Below, piece after piece: positions 35,414-36,719 of a DNA stretch of 36,719 nt (positions within the stretch are counted from its first letter, which is position 1; each line of letters opens with the position of its first letter). The position numbers were made by a program, and so were the translations under genes. The stretch comes from Flavobacteriales bacterium. GTDB lineage: Bacteria; Bacteroidota; Bacteroidia; NS11-12g; UBA955. Under the pieces are notes generated by a model. That model saw nothing but the letters and a program-made list of their open reading frames with translations. It did no database searches and had not been told where the DNA came from. The stretch covers positions 1 through 36,719 of the forward strand of contig CANFVI010000001.1 in NCBI GenBank assembly GCA_947450405.1. Direction: 5' to 3'.

Positions 35414-36466
35414 ATGACTGCAAAAACAACCATCAAAGTTTTAATCCCGTCTGGTGCCGGAGCGCCTGGTTTTGCTGGCATTGTGAGGTGTTTACGCAAA
35501 GATTCTCGCATTGAAATTTTTGCTGGCGACACTAACCCTAATCCTTATGGCAAAGTTTTGGCAAACGAATTTTTCGTTATGCCGCCAAGTTCCGACGACC
35601 AATATATTGAAAAGGTAATTCAAATTTGCAAGGATAAACATATTGATGTGGTACTTCCCATTACCACCAGAGAACTTATTCCATTATCAATAAATAAAAG
35701 TCAAATTGAAAGTGTTGGAACAAAAGTTCTTATTTCTGATTTGGAGGGACTTGAAATCGCCAACAACAAAGGAAGGTTGTTGCATCATCAAATTAAGAAC
35801 GAAACAGATATTCCGGTTCCTGATTTTGGATTTGCAATGGGAAAAGTTGGATTTACAGAAATGGCCAAATCCTTGTTTGATGCGCATGATACTTTGTGCT
35901 TTAAGCCTGTAGAAGGCAATGGCAGTAGGGGATTTGGAATTATAGTACAAGAAGTTGCGAATGATTTCCTGACAGAAAAGGCTGGAATTTTACCCATGAC
36001 ATTAAAGGAATGGACGAGTAGAATGCCCAAAGAATTTGAAGATTTATTGATGATTTCGGCCTATTTGCCGGGAATTGAATATAGTGTCGATTTGTTATGT
36101 GATCACGGCAAAGTACTGGCTTGTGTACCTAGAACAAGAGATAAGATGATTGGTGGAATTAGTGTGGCAGGAACGTTTGAAAATAATTTTACCCTGAAGG
36201 CTTTTTGCATGTCGTTGGTAAATCAATTGAATTTACATGGACCCATTGGAATTCAATGGAAAGAAGATGCGCAAGGAATGCCTCATTTGCTGGAAATCAA
36301 CCCAAGATTGCAAGGAACAACATCGGCTTGTGAGTTGGCAGGGGTGAATTTTCCTTTGCTTGCAGTGAAGATGGCATTGGTCGAAGACCTGAATTTAACA
36401 AATTTGAAAGTAAAATGGGGAAGTAAGTTTGTTCGCCATTGGGAAGACAACATTATAAGTAATTGA
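35414..36466 (+). CDS. ATP-grasp domain protein (carbamoyl-phosphate-synthase-L-like ligase)
   Basis: Pre-ATP-grasp Rossmann-like N-terminus (KVLIPSGAGAPG), a central CFKPVEGNGSRGFGII and LLEINPRLQGTT (Mg/ATP-binding E.N motif). The length is 350 aa. The substrate is unknown. Confidence 0.8.
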   Translation: MTAKTTIKVLIPSGAGAPGFAGIVRCLRKDSRIEIFAGDTNPNPYGKVLANEFFVMPPSSDDQYIEKVIQICKDKHIDVVLPITTRELIPLSINKSQIESVGTKVLISDLEGLEIANNKGRLLHHQIKNETDIPVPDFGFAMGKVGFTEMAKSLFDAHDTLCFKPVEGNGSRGFGIIVQEVANDFLTEKAGILPMTLKEWTSRMPKEFEDLLMISAYLPGIEYSVDLLCDHGKVLACVPRTRDKMIGGISVAGTFENNFTLKAFCMSLVNQLNLHGPIGIQWKEDAQGMPHLLEINPRLQGTTSACELAGVNFPLLAVKMALVEDLNLTNLKVKWGSKFVRHWEDNIISN

Positions 36467-36541
36467 ACTACAAATGTTTGATTTGAATAATCAAAAAAAA
36501 GTATTGTTAGTATAAAAATAGATATTATCTTCGCACGACCT

Positions 36542-36697
36542 ATGAGTAACGAAAAACGCAACACAAAAGGATATTGGGCATTATGCATTGTTAGTGGTAT
36601 CGCTCTTACCTTGTTTACCATTTTCTTGCCACAAGCATTTTGGTTAGGTTTGCCTACCTTTTTTGGTGGTATGGCTATGGCAATGGATTGGGTATAA
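36542..36697 (+). CDS. Candidate 51-aa two-helix membrane micro-protein
   Basis: ATG...TAA ORF read by hand, below the track cutoff: MSNEKRNTKGYWALCIVSGIALTLFTIFLPQAFWLGLPTFFGGMAMAMDWV. It has a basic N-terminus followed by two hydrophobic segments. It lies 75 nt after the ATP-grasp gene on the same strand. There is no homology evidence. Confidence 0.3.
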   Translation: MSNEKRNTKGYWALCIVSGIALTLFTIFLPQAFWLGLPTFFGGMAMAMDWV

Positions 36698-36719
36698 CTC
36701 AATTTTTGTTTAACAGCGC

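Noticed and set aside
36283-36702. 139-aa minus-strand ORF spanning the ATP-grasp 3' end and the downstream spacer.
   Set aside because: It overlaps the well-supported ATP-grasp CDS by about 180 nt on the opposite strand, has no recognisable motif or signal, and its composition looks like antisense noise. The plus-strand 51-aa ORF is a somewhat better explanation of the distal part.
1-36719. Looked for defence systems, CRISPR arrays, tRNA/rRNA/tmRNA genes, transposases, integrases, phage genes and toxin-antitoxin pairs.
   Set aside because: No regularly spaced direct repeats were found. No intergenic region other than the AT-rich 33160-33508 tract is long enough for a structured RNA, and that tract is too AT-rich for one. 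Every sizeable ORF has a housekeeping or envelope assignment. I could only scan by eye, so small ncRNAs cannot be excluded.

Overview
AT-rich, densely packed chromosomal core region, most likely from a Bacteroidota (Flavobacteriia-like) genome. The lineage call rests on a gldH-like lipoprotein, an OmpA protein with thrombospondin-type-3 repeats, a SusD-family remnant, a TPR/DUF4292/EnvC-like cluster and TAnnTTTG -7 boxes. I call 34 protein-coding genes, one 51-aa micro-ORF and one gene remnant. The genes are almost all housekeeping or envelope functions: lpxK, comM, rsmD, coaD, pyrE, zapA, rny, rsmI, lnt, galE, dut, folK, asnS, M1/M16/M23 peptidase-family proteins, a MOP flippase and sugar nucleotidyl/acetyl-transferases. 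Many neighbours overlap by 4-30 nt, and a run of 10 minus-strand genes spans about 20444-29372. I found no rRNA, tRNA, CRISPR array, transposase, integrase or recognisable defence or toxin genes, so this looks like an ordinary core region rather than an accessory island. The most unusual item is a ~1090-aa protein (5951-9220, minus) that joins an N-terminal M1 zinc-peptidase domain to a C-terminal domain with Omp85/BamA-type barrel motifs. That is a type-Vd-autotransporter-like layout with a non-lipase passenger. Secondary items are listed below. (1) A decayed locus at 32.4-33.8 kb holds an orphan CpsB-type phosphatase, the only long non-coding tract in the window and a SusD C-terminal remnant, bracketed by two identical 24-nt terminator hairpins. 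(2) The divergent pyrE and NUDIX genes share a CATG at overlapping start codons, each with a -7 box inside the other gene. (3) TAnnTTTG boxes recur 6-8 nt upstream of start codons. (4) An EnvC-like protein has a degenerate LytM domain. (5) A lipoprotein has a Rieske-like sequence pattern without the His ligands. All functional calls come from motif recognition by eye. No database search was run.
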